The notes under the pieces are model-generated. The model saw only the letters and a list, made by a program, of their open reading frames with translations. It made no database searches and was not told where the DNA came from. The translations under genes were made by a program, and so were the position numbers. Below, in pieces: positions 45,353-55,537 of a stretch of DNA of 63,216 nt. How positions within the stretch are numbered: the stretch's first letter is position 1; each line of letters starts with the position of its first letter. Location: positions 1 through 63,216 of the forward strand of contig JAAZLS010000009.1 of assembly GCA_012799185.1 (NCBI GenBank), given 5' to 3'. The stretch comes from Bacillota bacterium (GTDB taxonomy: Bacteria > Bacillota > Dethiobacteria > DTU022).

Positions 45353-46798
45353 TTAGCTTCCAGCATCAATATAGGCGACAGCCTGGAGAAACCTGGCTGA
45401 AACTTTCTCCGGGCCCAGTACCGCCATCATATCAAACAGTTCCGGCCCCATGGTACGACCGGATAGGGCCAGCCGGGAGAGAGGCATCAATTTTCCTATG
45501 GAGAGCTGTAACTCCTTGGCTATTTCCTTATAGGCATTGGAGAAGGTGCTTGGCTCCGGATCGGAGAGGGTCTTCATCTTGGCAGCCAGGGCACGTAAAA
45601 TTTGCCCGGCCCCCTCCCTCCGAAAATGTTTCTTTACTCCCTTCGGATCGTAGTCAAAATGGTTATTGTAGAAATAACTGGAGGCTCGGGTTAAATCCAG
45701 CAGATTTTTCTCTCTCTGCCGGACCAGCTCCACCACCTGCTCCAGGTACCCCATTTGTTCTGAATTAAGGGGGGGATTTACCAGTCCTTCCGCTTCAAAG
45801 AAAGGGATAGCCAGGGCAACGATGCGATCCAGCGCCCCTTCCCGCAGGTAATGACCGTTCATCCAGGTAAGTTTAGCTGTATCGTAGACGGCGGCGGTTT
45901 TATTGACCCGGTCCAACCTAAACTGGGCCGCTGCCTCCGCCATTGTAAAAAACTCCCGGTCACCCTCCGGAGCCCACCCGAGCAGAGTCATATAGTTGAT
46001 TAATGCCTCCGGCAGGTAGCCCTCCTGGCGAAACTGTTCCACGGAGGTGGCGCCGTGCCGTTTACTGAGCTTACTGCGATCGGGAGCCAGGATCATCGGG
46101 ACATGGGCATAATAGGGAAGGCTATAGCCCAGGGCCAGGGCACAAAGTTGCTGGCGGGGGGTATTGGAGAGATGTTCCTCTGCCCGGATTACATGGGTAA
46201 TCTTCATCCGTTCATCATCGATGACGTTGGCAAAGTTATAGGTGGGCAAACCGTTCGATTTCATGATAATGAAATCATCCAGGTTACAGTTATCGAAGCG
46301 GACTTTACCCCGAATCTTGTCGGTGACCACGGTTTCCCCGTCCCGGGGGATTTTAAGCCGAATAACCGGTTTCCGTCCCTCCTGCTGAAAGCGTTTCAAC
46401 CGGTCTGCAGTTAAATCGCGACATTTTTCCGGGTAGAGATAAGGCTTTTTCCGCCGGCGGGCCTCCTCCCGACCGGCTTTAAGTTCTTCCTCGCTACAGT
46501 AGCAGTAATAGGCTTTCCCTTCTGCAATCAGCCGCTCGGCCTCCTGCCGGTAACCCTCTAGGTATTCCGACTGCTTATAGGGCCCTTCATCCCAATCCAG
46601 GCCCAGCCAGCGGAGGGACTCCAGGAGACCCGTTGTAAACTCGGGACGGGAACGCTCCAGGTCGGTATCATCTATTCTTAAAACAAAAACCCCGCCGGTT
46701 GCCCGGGCATACAGGAGGTTAAAGAGGGCAGTCCGGGCTCCCCCGATATGTAACTCGCCGGTAGGGCTGGGGGCAAATCTTACTCTTACGTTTGACAA
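45353..46798 (-). CDS. gltX: glutamate--tRNA ligase
   Basis: RFAPSPTGELHIGGARTAL is the HIGH motif, KLSKRHG is the KMSKS motif, and a class I anticodon-binding domain is present. Confidence 0.94.
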   Translation of the reverse strand: MSNVRVRFAPSPTGELHIGGARTALFNLLYARATGGVFVLRIDDTDLERSRPEFTTGLLESLRWLGLDWDEGPYKQSEYLEGYRQEAERLIAEGKAYYCYCSEEELKAGREEARRRKKPYLYPEKCRDLTADRLKRFQQEGRKPVIRLKIPRDGETVVTDKIRGKVRFDNCNLDDFIIMKSNGLPTYNFANVIDDERMKITHVIRAEEHLSNTPRQQLCALALGYSLPYYAHVPMILAPDRSKLSKRHGATSVEQFRQEGYLPEALINYMTLLGWAPEGDREFFTMAEAAAQFRLDRVNKTAAVYDTAKLTWMNGHYLREGALDRIVALAIPFFEAEGLVNPPLNSEQMGYLEQVVELVRQREKNLLDLTRASSYFYNNHFDYDPKGVKKHFRREGAGQILRALAAKMKTLSDPEPSTFSNAYKEIAKELQLSIGKLMPLSRLALSGRTMGPELFDMMAVLGPEKVSARFLQAVAYIDAGS

Positions 46799-46874
46799 AA
46801 TAACCCACTCCTACTTGTGTACTTGTAATAGTCACACCTAGTAATATATCATAACCGAAATAGCGATTCTATGA

Positions 46875-47636
46875 TTATTCCTTAAGTACGGTTAGCAGAT
46901 CGCCGAGAACGAGGGATGTGTTTTCCCTTATCACTACCGCCGCCTCCCGATCAAAGGGAGTAGGCTGTAGGTTAATAATGGCCAGCTTTTGGGCCAGGCG
47001 AGGCAGGCCGGCCACCGGGTAGACACTGAGGCTGGTTCCCGCCGCAATCATCAGGTCACAGCCGGCCCGCAGGGCCTGCTCAGCCTCGAAGTACGAGTCG
47101 GCCATGGAGTCGCCAAATAGTACGACATCGGGGCGGAGCATCTCCCGGCAGGTACAGCGGGGAGGGATCTCTTTGGCAGCAAGCTTATCGAGAAGATCTT
47201 GAAATGAATAACTGGCTCCACAACCGGTGCAACTGGCGGTCCGCAGATGGCCATGCACCTCCCAGATCCGCTTTGAACCGGCTTTAACATGGAGTCCATC
47301 GATATTTTGTGTAATTAAGCCATTAAGAAAGCCTAACTTTTCCATTTCAGCCAGGGCATAGTGACCGGGGTTAGGCCGGGCAGAAATTAAATTCTTGAAA
47401 CGGGCGAAGCCCAGCTTGTAAAAAGAAACCGGGTCGCTATAGAGCACCTCTGCGGTTGAATATTTAGTCGGGTCTACCTTTTCCCATAGCCCGGTGCCGG
47501 GACTGCGAAAATCGGGGATCCCACTATCGGTACTGCACCCCGCCCCGGTTAAAGCATATACCCGGGTACTGCGTTGAACCAGTGTAGCTAGCTCCATAAT
47601 TTTATCCCGGTATCCCTTTCGTTCCGCTGAACTCAC
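46875..47636 (-). CDS. cobB: NAD-dependent protein deacylase (Sir2 family)
   Basis: GAGCSTDSGIPDFR, QNIDGLH, the catalytic His in EVHG, and the Zn ribbon CxxC...CxC are present. Confidence 0.87.
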   Translation of the reverse strand: MSSAERKGYRDKIMELATLVQRSTRVYALTGAGCSTDSGIPDFRSPGTGLWEKVDPTKYSTAEVLYSDPVSFYKLGFARFKNLISARPNPGHYALAEMEKLGFLNGLITQNIDGLHVKAGSKRIWEVHGHLRTASCTGCGASYSFQDLLDKLAAKEIPPRCTCREMLRPDVVLFGDSMADSYFEAEQALRAGCDLMIAAGTSLSVYPVAGLPRLAQKLAIINLQPTPFDREAAVVIRENTSLVLGDLLTVLKE

Positions 47637-47751
47637 TCTAGGTTCACCTCAGATCAACTTCTAAATAAACCAGTTTCTATATAGACCGGGGCAAACCCTT
47701 CTTCATCCCGGTTGAGCCCCGTTCAATAGCTGCCCCACTGTCATTTAAAGC

Positions 47752-47778
47752 AAAAAGAAGGCCGGCAGCGCCGGCTTT
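47752..47778 (-). terminator. terminator after decarboxylase beta-subunit gene
   Basis: The minus-strand RNA reads AAGCCGGC-gcu-GCCGGCCUU-CUUUUUG. Confidence 0.6.
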
Positions 47779-47817
47779 GAAGACAGTAATTGTAACAATT
47801 TTTAACGTTATAAATAT

Positions 47818-48948
47818 TTATCCCAACAGGGACAGGAGTATACCGGCGGCGACAGCCGAGCCGATTACACCAGCCACATTGGGACCCATGGCATGCATCA
47901 AGAGATAGTTCCGTGGGTTGGCCTCTTTACCTACGGTCTGAGAGACCCGGGCTGCCATCGGAACCGCCGATACACCGGCCGAGCCAATTAAGGGGTTGAT
48001 TTTACCGCCGCTAACGGCATAAAGCAGCTTGCCCATTAAAACCCCTCCGGCTGTACCAACGGCGAAGGCGGCCAATCCTAACATAATGATTAAAATTGTA
48101 TCCACCGTTAGGAAGTATTCGGCGGTCGCTTTGGCTCCAACAGCTACCCCTAAAAAGATTACTACGATGTTATTTAATTCGTTCTGGGCGGCATCGCTTA
48201 ACCGCTTGGTCACACCGCACTCGCGGAGCAGGTTCCCAAACATCAGCATTCCCAACAGGGGCATCGCCGAGGGAACCAGCATCCCGGTAATAACCAGGAC
48301 CACGATCGGAAAGATAATCTTCTCGGTCTTGGAGACCGGTCTTAACTGCTCCATTACCACCTCGCGCTCTCTCTTGGTTGTAAGCAGTTTCATGATCGGT
48401 GGTTGAATGATCGGCACCAGGGCCATATAGGAGTAGGCGGCAATAGCCACAGACCCTAACAGCTCCGGGGCCAACTTACTGGTTAGAAAGATGGCGGTTG
48501 GCCCGTCGGCACCGCCGATGATTCCGATGGAACCGGCCTGGGCGGGGGTAAAGTTCAGGTAGAGGGCACCGAGAAATGTAATAAATATTCCCAACTGGGC
48601 GGCTGCCCCCAAAAGAAGCGTTACCGGGTTAGCAATCAGGGGACCAAAATCGGTCATCGCACCGATACCTAAGAAGATCAGCGGTGGGAAGATCCCCAGC
48701 TCCACACCTTGGGAAATATAATAGAGTAAGCCCCCAATCTGCCCGTCCCCCGGTACCTCCAGCAGACCTCCCAGGGGGAGGTTGACCATCAGCATCCCGA
48801 AGGCGATCGGGACCATCAGCAGGGGCTCATATTTTTTAACGATCCCCAGATAAAGTAATACAAACGCAATAACAACCATAATACCTTCATACAAGGTAAT
48901 ATTATAATAACCGGTAGATTGAATGAATTCCGTAATCAGGTTTAGCAA
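47818..48948 (-). CDS. Na+-translocating decarboxylase beta subunit (OadB/GcdB/MmdB family)
   Basis: A 376-aa polytopic protein with [16 protein letters not shown] and GGADGPT motifs typical of the OAD_beta family. Confidence 0.9.
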   Translation of the reverse strand: MLNLITEFIQSTGYYNITLYEGIMVVIAFVLLYLGIVKKYEPLLMVPIAFGMLMVNLPLGGLLEVPGDGQIGGLLYYISQGVELGIFPPLIFLGIGAMTDFGPLIANPVTLLLGAAAQLGIFITFLGALYLNFTPAQAGSIGIIGGADGPTAIFLTSKLAPELLGSVAIAAYSYMALVPIIQPPIMKLLTTKREREVVMEQLRPVSKTEKIIFPIVVLVITGMLVPSAMPLLGMLMFGNLLRECGVTKRLSDAAQNELNNIVVIFLGVAVGAKATAEYFLTVDTILIIMLGLAAFAVGTAGGVLMGKLLYAVSGGKINPLIGSAGVSAVPMAARVSQTVGKEANPRNYLLMHAMGPNVAGVIGSAVAAGILLSLLG

Positions 48949-49000
48949 CAGTCATTCCTCCTTTACACAAATGGTGGGATGCATAAGTTTTAATGACAAG

Positions 49001-49417
49001 TTATGCAATGTAAACCAGGGCATCACCTGTGTTTACCGAATCCCCACCGGTGACTGTTACTTTGGTTACGGTTCCCCCTACCGGAGAAGTGATTTCATTC
49101 TCCATTTTCATTGCTTCCAGGATTAAAAGCACATCTCCCTCTGCCACCTGGTCGCCCGGTTTTACCGTCACCTCTATTACCGAACCCGGCATCGGTGCGG
49201 GGACCGCCGTCCCATCGCCCCCAACGGGAGCAGCTTCCTCCACCGGTTGGGCCGGTGGTGCTGTAACGGGAGCACTTTTAACTGTTTTTTCTACTGCCGC
49301 CGGTGCGGCCTGGGTTCTGCCGGCCACCGCCGGTGTAGTCGCCGTCCCCTGCTCCGAAATCTCTTCCACTGATACATCATAGGTTTGTCCTTCTACAGTT
49401 ACTTTAAACTTCCGCAT
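49001..49417 (-). CDS. biotin carboxyl carrier subunit of decarboxylase
   Basis: An Ala/Pro-rich linker and the biotinylation motif EAMKMENEI in a C-terminal biotinyl domain. Confidence 0.87.
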   Translation of the reverse strand: MRKFKVTVEGQTYDVSVEEISEQGTATTPAVAGRTQAAPAAVEKTVKSAPVTAPPAQPVEEAAPVGGDGTAVPAPMPGSVIEVTVKPGDQVAEGDVLLILEAMKMENEITSPVGGTVTKVTVTGGDSVNTGDALVYIA

Positions 49418-49817
49418 GATTTCCTCTCCTTCTTAATGCTGCTAATTTTAGTGCCCCAGTCATAAGTTCCTTCCTTCCGGTCAATAGCCAGGCTTTACCG
49501 GTATGGCCGGCTGCCAATGAAGGGGTTATACTTATTTTAAAAGGCTGTTTCGCCGGTTCATCCAACAACAGGGAGCTGATAGAGCCTACTATGGCTGCTA
49601 CAATCCTCCCCTCTATTTTTGAGGGGGAAGTTTCAACCGATACTACCGGTTTAGTAGTAACTATTGCCCCCGGTTCAGGTGTATTTTTTTTTTGTCGATC
49701 AAAGGCTCTTCCGAATATATTTAATAATAAATATAGAGCGATAAGAGCCGTAAGCGTAACTCCAAAGCCTAAAGTGACTACCTGAAATGCTATCGCCGAC
49801 CTATCCACAACGTGCAC
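49404..49817 (-). CDS. OadG-like small membrane subunit of Na+-decarboxylase
   Basis: An N-terminal TM (VVTLGFGVTLTALIALYLLLNIFG) followed by a Pro/Thr-rich region. The start codon is GTG, and the gene overlaps the carrier-subunit gene. Confidence 0.6.
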   Translation of the reverse strand: MHVVDRSAIAFQVVTLGFGVTLTALIALYLLLNIFGRAFDRQKKNTPEPGAIVTTKPVVSVETSPSKIEGRIVAAIVGSISSLLLDEPAKQPFKISITPSLAAGHTGKAWLLTGRKELMTGALKLAALRRRGNHAEV

Positions 49818-49985
49818 TCCTCTTCTATAAATTATTATGATCCAAACACTTAATATTGTATCATATTATATTTGTTTAGTAAGGGGATAAACTATTGTAT
49901 ATACGTAACAAATAGAGAGCATGGACCCTATTAATATACCACATATAAACCGGTTCAGATTTGGAATATCTGCTAAAAGTCGCCC

Positions 49986-50831
49986 CTATAGACCGGATAG
50001 CCCCTTAAGTTGTTGTAAGTATTTGTAACCGACAGCGGTATAGCCGGGATGACTGATCTTACTTTTAGGGTCACCATGGAAATCGGAACCACCAGTAATA
50101 ACCAACCGATGTTTTTTAGCTAACCGAAGAAAATACTCCTGTTCTGATCGGCTATGATGGGGATAGAAAACCTCCAGGCCCTTTATTCCCAGGGATAACA
50201 ACGCTTCGATTGGAATGCTTTTAATTAACCCGGGGTGGGCTAAAACACTGGTCGCCGCGGACCGGTGGAGAATAGAGAGCACTTTTTCAGCCGAATAAAG
50301 GTTACGGGGAAAATAGGCGGTACTGTTTTCGCCCAGGTACCGCTCAAAAGCCTCCCGAATACTGGCCACGATGCCCTTCTTTAGTAGTAACCGAGCAAAA
50401 TGCAAACGACCGGGGGAGGCCGGGTATGACTCCCGGAGAATCTCTTCCCGGTCCAGGTTTATTCCCAACTGTTTCAGGCGATCCGAGATTTTACGGGCCC
50501 GCCGAAACCGTTCCCTTTTCATTAATTTTAAAAACAGGGGTAGATGACCCCGGGAGGAGGGATAGTAGCCAAGTAGATGGACCTCTTCTCCCCGGTAGAT
50601 AGCGCTTACCTCCACCCCCGGTACTACCTCAATTCCTAATCGCCGCCCGGCTGTTATCGCCTCCGGGATACCATCCATCGTATCATGGTCGGTGATCGCT
50701 ATCGCCCTTAAACCTTGCCCGGCCGCCATGGATACAACCTTTTCCGGTGGGTAATAGCCATCGGAAAAGTTAGTGTGAGTATGAAAATCAACAATCCATT
50801 CTTCCTGATTATTCATTAAGACAGGCCCCAA
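49986..50831 (-). CDS. PHP-domain phosphoesterase
   Basis: DFHTHTNFSDG and ITDHDT are PHP motifs, with a C-terminal GGSDFHG. Confidence 0.78.
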   Translation of the reverse strand: MGPVLMNNQEEWIVDFHTHTNFSDGYYPPEKVVSMAAGQGLRAIAITDHDTMDGIPEAITAGRRLGIEVVPGVEVSAIYRGEEVHLLGYYPSSRGHLPLFLKLMKRERFRRARKISDRLKQLGINLDREEILRESYPASPGRLHFARLLLKKGIVASIREAFERYLGENSTAYFPRNLYSAEKVLSILHRSAATSVLAHPGLIKSIPIEALLSLGIKGLEVFYPHHSRSEQEYFLRLAKKHRLVITGGSDFHGDPKSKISHPGYTAVGYKYLQQLKGLSGL

Positions 50832-51777
50832 TCAGCCGCCGCAGATTTTCACCAGCGATAAGGTCGATTTCAGTAGAGGTAAACCCTCGGTCATAGAGGG
50901 CTGCAATTAGTTTACCATAGCAGGAGGCATCCGGTATCTCCTCTACCGGGTATCTAATACCGTCAAAATCAGAGCCGATTGCTAAATGAGGGACCCCGAC
51001 CACCCGGGCTAGGTGAACAAAATGATCTACTAGCTGATCCAGGCTGGCGACGGTCTCCCCAGAGATAAAGGGTGCATTAAAGGTTAATCCAATGACTCCG
51101 CCTTTCTCCGCCACTTTTTTTACCTGTTCATCACTCAGGTTTCGCGGGTGATCACAGAGTGCCTGAGAATTCGCATGGGATACCAGGGGGGGTAATGGCC
51201 AGAGGGCAAGGGCATCGTCAAAACATGAGGGTGACAGGTGGGCCAAATCAAGGATAACACCCAGGCTGGACATTTTCTCCAGGAGCTGCCGGCCCGCCCT
51301 AGTAAGCTTGCTACCGGTTATCGCCTCGCTTACGCCATCGGCAAACATATTGCGCTTATTCCAGGTTAGCGAAAGGGCGCGTACCCCTAGTTTAAAGAAT
51401 AGCTCCAAGTTATCGGGACAGCCCTCCAGGGGTTCGGCCCCCTCTAGGGCCAGTAGGCAGGCGATCTTTTTTTCATGCGGCGCCTGCTTAAGATGGGCGA
51501 CGCTTTCTACCGCCAGCAGGTCTTCCCGATTCTGTTCTAGAGTCTGATGGTAATAGCGGATATAGTCCATGGATTTTTGAAGGTGGGAGCCGGGTCGGCT
51601 GTAAGGTGCGGTACAGACCGCGAAAAATAAGAGGCCAACCTTACCGGACCGGAGGCGGGGCAGATCGATATGGGCAGAAGCATTAAGCTGTTTAAAATCA
51701 TAACCGGCCCTATCCATCCACCAGAGGGTATCACAATGGCTGTCGCCGATAATATGTTCCGTTAATAACTTACTCAT
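50809..51777 (-). CDS. membrane dipeptidase (peptidase M19)
   Basis: DSHCDTL, the LEGAEPLEG-type motif, GSDFDG and the SH.N motif are present. Confidence 0.85.
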   Translation of the reverse strand: MSKLLTEHIIGDSHCDTLWWMDRAGYDFKQLNASAHIDLPRLRSGKVGLLFFAVCTAPYSRPGSHLQKSMDYIRYYHQTLEQNREDLLAVESVAHLKQAPHEKKIACLLALEGAEPLEGCPDNLELFFKLGVRALSLTWNKRNMFADGVSEAITGSKLTRAGRQLLEKMSSLGVILDLAHLSPSCFDDALALWPLPPLVSHANSQALCDHPRNLSDEQVKKVAEKGGVIGLTFNAPFISGETVASLDQLVDHFVHLARVVGVPHLAIGSDFDGIRYPVEEIPDASCYGKLIAALYDRGFTSTEIDLIAGENLRRLIGACLNE

Positions 51778-51868
51778 ACTATAATACTATCGCAAATTAG
51801 ACAAAAAAGCACCCCCGTAGCTATTGCCGGAGGTGCAGGCCCAAGTACTGTTAATGACATACTACCAT

Positions 51869-52129
51869 TTAACGAGGCTGTATAATTAATTTTATAGCGG
51901 TTCTCTCCTCACCATCGATCATGATATCCGTAAAAGCTGGAATACAGATAAGATCAATTCCTCCGGGAGCAACAAATCCCCTGGCGATAGCCACTGCTTT
52001 CACCGCTTGATTTAGAGCACCTGCACCGATTGTTTGTATCTCTGCTCCGCCCCGTTCACGCAATACTCCTGCTAAGGCACCGGCCACAGAATTCGGATTG
52101 GATTTTGCTGAAACCTTTAATATCTCCAT
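51869..52129 (-). CDS. spoVS: stage V sporulation protein S
   Basis: MEILKVSAKSNPNSVAGALAGVLRE....EIQ.IGAGA.NQAVKA.AIARGF is near-invariant SpoVS sequence. Confidence 0.93.
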   Translation of the reverse strand: MEILKVSAKSNPNSVAGALAGVLRERGGAEIQTIGAGALNQAVKAVAIARGFVAPGGIDLICIPAFTDIMIDGEERTAIKLIIQPR

Positions 52130-52279
52130 CTACCAAATGTACCCCCTTAAAGATATTACATTGTTAAGGTCCGTATTTTAATCTCACAATTATAGGTTCG
52201 TCTTTTAATCTTACATTCCTGCCCAAATTGTGCCATATTAGTTATGTTTTGAAATATTCTATATCCGTTATGGGGGCTA

Positions 52280-52789
52280 CTACTTATTTAGCACATATAC
52301 CTTTCCTTCTTCGCGAAATGCAAATAATGTTTTTACCTTTTTTTCCCCTTGGATTAACAAATATTCCAGGTAGTCGTCTTCAGGCCGGGAATCCACAAGA
52401 AAATCCAGGGGCTCCTTACGGTAGTCATCGACTAGATCGGCGCCAAAATTGTCTGTAATCACGCTGCTGACCAGGTTTACCTCCTCCCGGGTTAAAGGAT
52501 CCTTGGCGAAATAGAGATCCAGCCGGGTTAGCCCCTGGTAGTAATCCTTGCAAAATTTAATCCCTGACGCCTCTGTTTTTAAAAAATGACAATAACTATT
52601 CCAGATCTCTACCATCCTTTTACAAAACTGGCGATAGCGATCGACTGTTATCTTATCTTTAATCATAAAGCTAAAACAGTAGGATAAGGTATCCAGGTCG
52701 TAGTTAATAGTAAATATTTCTGGGTGATCTAGTAAAAAGCTTGCGACCAAGTTTATTTGGTATGTATCTTCAAAAGTTGCCTCTTTCAA
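52280..52789 (-). CDS. hypothetical protein
   Basis: A 169-aa acidic, AT-rich ORF with no motif recognised. It occupies the slot between rny and spoVS. Confidence 0.4.
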   Translation of the reverse strand: MKEATFEDTYQINLVASFLLDHPEIFTINYDLDTLSYCFSFMIKDKITVDRYRQFCKRMVEIWNSYCHFLKTEASGIKFCKDYYQGLTRLDLYFAKDPLTREEVNLVSSVITDNFGADLVDDYRKEPLDFLVDSRPEDDYLEYLLIQGEKKVKTLFAFREEGKVYVLNK

Positions 52790-52860
52790 TTTGTTCCCCC
52801 CACCTAAATAGTAAACTTAAGTTCCATGGATGGTTCAAAAATACCTTCTTTTTAATATGT

Positions 52861-52888
52861 AAAAAAAAGTGCCCGAAGGCACTTTTTT
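52861..52888. terminator. bidirectional terminator after rny
   Basis: A8-GTGCC-cgaa-GGCAC-T6. On the minus strand this reads GUGCC-UUCG-GGCAC-U8. Confidence 0.85.
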
Positions 52889-52926
52889 GCTGTTTCCCAT
52901 GATCAAACGGCCGAAATTGCCTGTTT

Positions 52927-54462
52927 TTACTTGGCATAACTCACAGCCCGGGTTTCGCGGATTACTGTTACTTTAATCTGTCCGGGGTATTCCAGTTCTC
53001 TTTCAATTTTCTTGACGATATCCCGGGCGACCTTCACCGAAGCATAGTCATCAATCCGCTCTGGTTTTACCATTATCCTAATTTCCCTCCCAGCCTGAAT
53101 CGCATAGGCCTTGTCTACCCCTTCAAAGGAGTCGGCAATCTCTTCTAACTTCTCCAGCCGTTTTATATAAGACTCCAGGGTTTCCCGGCGGGCCCCCGGA
53201 CGGGCGGCCGAGATAGCGTCAGCCGACTGGATTAATACTGCTTCTGGGGTTTGGAAATCAACATCGCCATGGTGGGCGGCGATCGCGTTAACAATTTCCG
53301 CCGACTCGCGGTATCTTTTTGCCAGCTCGGCACCGGTTTGGGCGTGGGAACCCTCTACCTCGTGATCGACCGCCTTGCCAATATCGTGCAACAGACCGGC
53401 CCGCTTGGCAAAGTTAACATCTAACCCCAGCTCGGCGGCCATCACCGCGGCCAGATGGGCCACTTCAATTGAATGTTGTAATACATTTTGCCCATAACTG
53501 GTGCGAAAGCGAAGCTTACCCAGGCAGATTACTATCTCCGGGTGGATTCCATGGACACCGGTCTCGAAAATGGCCCGTTCCCCTTCTTCCCGGATCTGTA
53601 TCTCCACCTCTTTTCGGGTTTTGGCAACAATCTCTTCGATCCGCGCCGGGTGGATACGGCCATCGCTAACCAATCGTTCCAGGGATATACGGGCAATTTC
53701 CCTACGCACCGGGTCAAATCCCGAGAGGATAACCGCCTCCGGTGTGTCATCGATGATTAAATCAATCCCGGTAAGGGTCTCCAGGGCCCGGATATTACGT
53801 CCCTCCCGTCCGATAATCCGTCCCTTCATTTCATCGTTGGGTAGGGATACTACCGATACGGTTGATTCAGAGACATGATCGGCGGCGCAACGCTGAATAG
53901 CCGTAGTAATGATTTCCCGGGCCTTTTTATCAGCCTCATTTTTAGCCCGTGTCTCTATCTCTTTTACCATTACAGCCATTTCATGGGTAATCTCGGATTC
54001 AATCCGCTGCAACAGTTGATCTTTCGCCTCGTCGGAGGTCATCCCCGATATCTGTTCCAGTAGGGATTGCTGTTTTTGATATAACTCCGCTAGATTAGCC
54101 TTAATCTTATTGTTTTCTTCCTCTATTTTCTTGAGATCTTCTTCCTTCTTCTCGATTTTAAGATTTTTTCTATCCATGCTTTCTTCTTTTTGCATTAACC
54201 GCCGTTCCATGCGCTGGAGCTCGGAGCGTCTTTCACGACTCTCCTTTTCAAGCTCGTTTCGAAGACGATGCATCTCTTCCTTGGCCTCCAGCGCTTTCTC
54301 CCTTTTAATTGCCTGGGCTTCACTTTCAGCCTGCTCAACAATTTTTCTGGCTGTCTCTTCAGCCGAAGCGGTGCGTACTTCTACCAGGTATTTCCTAAAA
54401 ATATAGCCTAAGCCAACGCCGGCCAGCAGCGTAATGACAATAACTAGCACTTTGACACCCAA
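52927..54462 (-). CDS. rny: ribonuclease Y
   Basis: An N-terminal TM, a long coiled coil, a KH domain ([12 protein letters not shown]) and an HD domain (LLHDIGKA). The start is set at the TTG at 54462, 5 nt after AGGAGGTG; the ORF-track start at 54489 has no SD. Confidence 0.93.
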   Translation of the reverse strand: MGVKVLVIVITLLAGVGLGYIFRKYLVEVRTASAEETARKIVEQAESEAQAIKREKALEAKEEMHRLRNELEKESRERRSELQRMERRLMQKEESMDRKNLKIEKKEEDLKKIEEENNKIKANLAELYQKQQSLLEQISGMTSDEAKDQLLQRIESEITHEMAVMVKEIETRAKNEADKKAREIITTAIQRCAADHVSESTVSVVSLPNDEMKGRIIGREGRNIRALETLTGIDLIIDDTPEAVILSGFDPVRREIARISLERLVSDGRIHPARIEEIVAKTRKEVEIQIREEGERAIFETGVHGIHPEIVICLGKLRFRTSYGQNVLQHSIEVAHLAAVMAAELGLDVNFAKRAGLLHDIGKAVDHEVEGSHAQTGAELAKRYRESAEIVNAIAAHHGDVDFQTPEAVLIQSADAISAARPGARRETLESYIKRLEKLEEIADSFEGVDKAYAIQAGREIRIMVKPERIDDYASVKVARDIVKKIERELEYPGQIKVTVIRETRAVSYAK

Positions 54463-54498
54463 ATTATCACCTCCTAATAAGTAAATCAAAAATGGAAC

Positions 54499-54527
54499 AA
54501 AAAAAACTGTGTTTCAGGCACAGCTTA
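54499..54527 (-). terminator. hairpin plus U8 immediately upstream of the rny RBS
   Basis: The minus-strand RNA reads AAGCUGUG-ccugaaa-CACAGUUUUUUUU. It ends about 24 nt before the rny SD. Confidence 0.55.
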
Positions 54528-54754
54528 AAAGAGAAAGGATTACATTCGGGTATATCCCTTTATAGTATAATATTTCGATACAAGAGACAAAAGGGCATTC
54601 TTAATAAACGAATATAAATTGCAGATCTATCCATAGTGCCCGGCGATTTTAAGGCACCAGGTCCTTCTCTTTTAAGTTATAAATACAACTTAACCGGTCC
54701 CTTATTATTACTGCCAGAAAAATTAAATAGCAAACATTACTATTACCTGTCCCT

Positions 54755-54784
54755 ATTTTAAACCATAGCCTTGTATTATGTCAA
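54755..54784 (-). promoter_or_regulatory. possible promoter of the rny leader / an sRNA
   Basis: Minus strand: TTGACA (54784-54779), an 18-nt spacer, then TAAAAT (54760-54755). Confidence 0.4.
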
Positions 54785-54806
54785 TAAATATTGGCCTCGT
54801 CTCCCA

Positions 54807-55484
54807 CTAGGTGTTGAACTGCCGATCACCGGCATCTCCTAAGCCGGGGACAATATATGCCAGCTCATTTAGATCTTGATCCAGTTCACAGGTATAAATC
54901 GTTATCTCCGGATGTTCCCGGTTTAAGCGCTTAACCCCGTCTACACTACAAATTATAAACGCCAATTTTACATTTTTGCAATTTTTCTCCTTAAGCATCT
55001 CTAGGCAATAGGAAGCTGTTCCACCGGTAGCCAACATGGGATCCAGGACAATAACTTGGGCATTGGACAGGTCAGGTAGCTTCTGGTAATAAAATACAGG
55101 ATTGAAGGTATTTTCATCACGGTATAGACCCAGATGGCCCACTCGGGCGGTAGGGATAACTGTTAAAAAACCCTCTACCATCCCCAGGCCGGCCCTGAAT
55201 ACCGGCAGTAAAACAATCTTTTCCTGCAAGGTTTTGCCGGAATGACTTGCCAGGGGGGTCTCCACAACCTGTTCCCCCAGGGATAGATCGGCAGTTATTT
55301 CATAGGTCATCAAGATTGACAGCTCTTTTAGAAGTTCCCGAAACTGTTTGGGCTTGGTTCGCTTATCTCTCAAAAGGGTTGCCTTATGCTGGACCAGAGG
55401 ATGGTTTATTATTTTAATGTTCACTTGGTGCTTGCTCCCTCCATCATATTTGTTAAAACGGTTTCCGTAAAATGTAAAAAGCAA
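54807..55484 (-). CDS. upp: uracil phosphoribosyltransferase
   Basis: HPLVQHK, the PRPP-binding loop VLDPMLATGGT and YIVPGLGDAGDR are present. The true start may be the GTG at 55424 (VNIKIINHPL...). Confidence 0.9.
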   Translation of the reverse strand: MLFTFYGNRFNKYDGGSKHQVNIKIINHPLVQHKATLLRDKRTKPKQFRELLKELSILMTYEITADLSLGEQVVETPLASHSGKTLQEKIVLLPVFRAGLGMVEGFLTVIPTARVGHLGLYRDENTFNPVFYYQKLPDLSNAQVIVLDPMLATGGTASYCLEMLKEKNCKNVKLAFIICSVDGVKRLNREHPEITIYTCELDQDLNELAYIVPGLGDAGDRQFNT

Positions 55485-55537
55485 CTTGATGGTTCTATTA
55501 ATGATAATATAACTTCGCTAAAGGGGCAATTTATATT

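Noticed and set aside
45071-45400. A 109-aa plus-strand ORF spanning the ABC-importer leader.
   Set aside because: It is antisense to the promoter and leader, overlaps both flanking gene ends, and has low-complexity sequence and no RBS.
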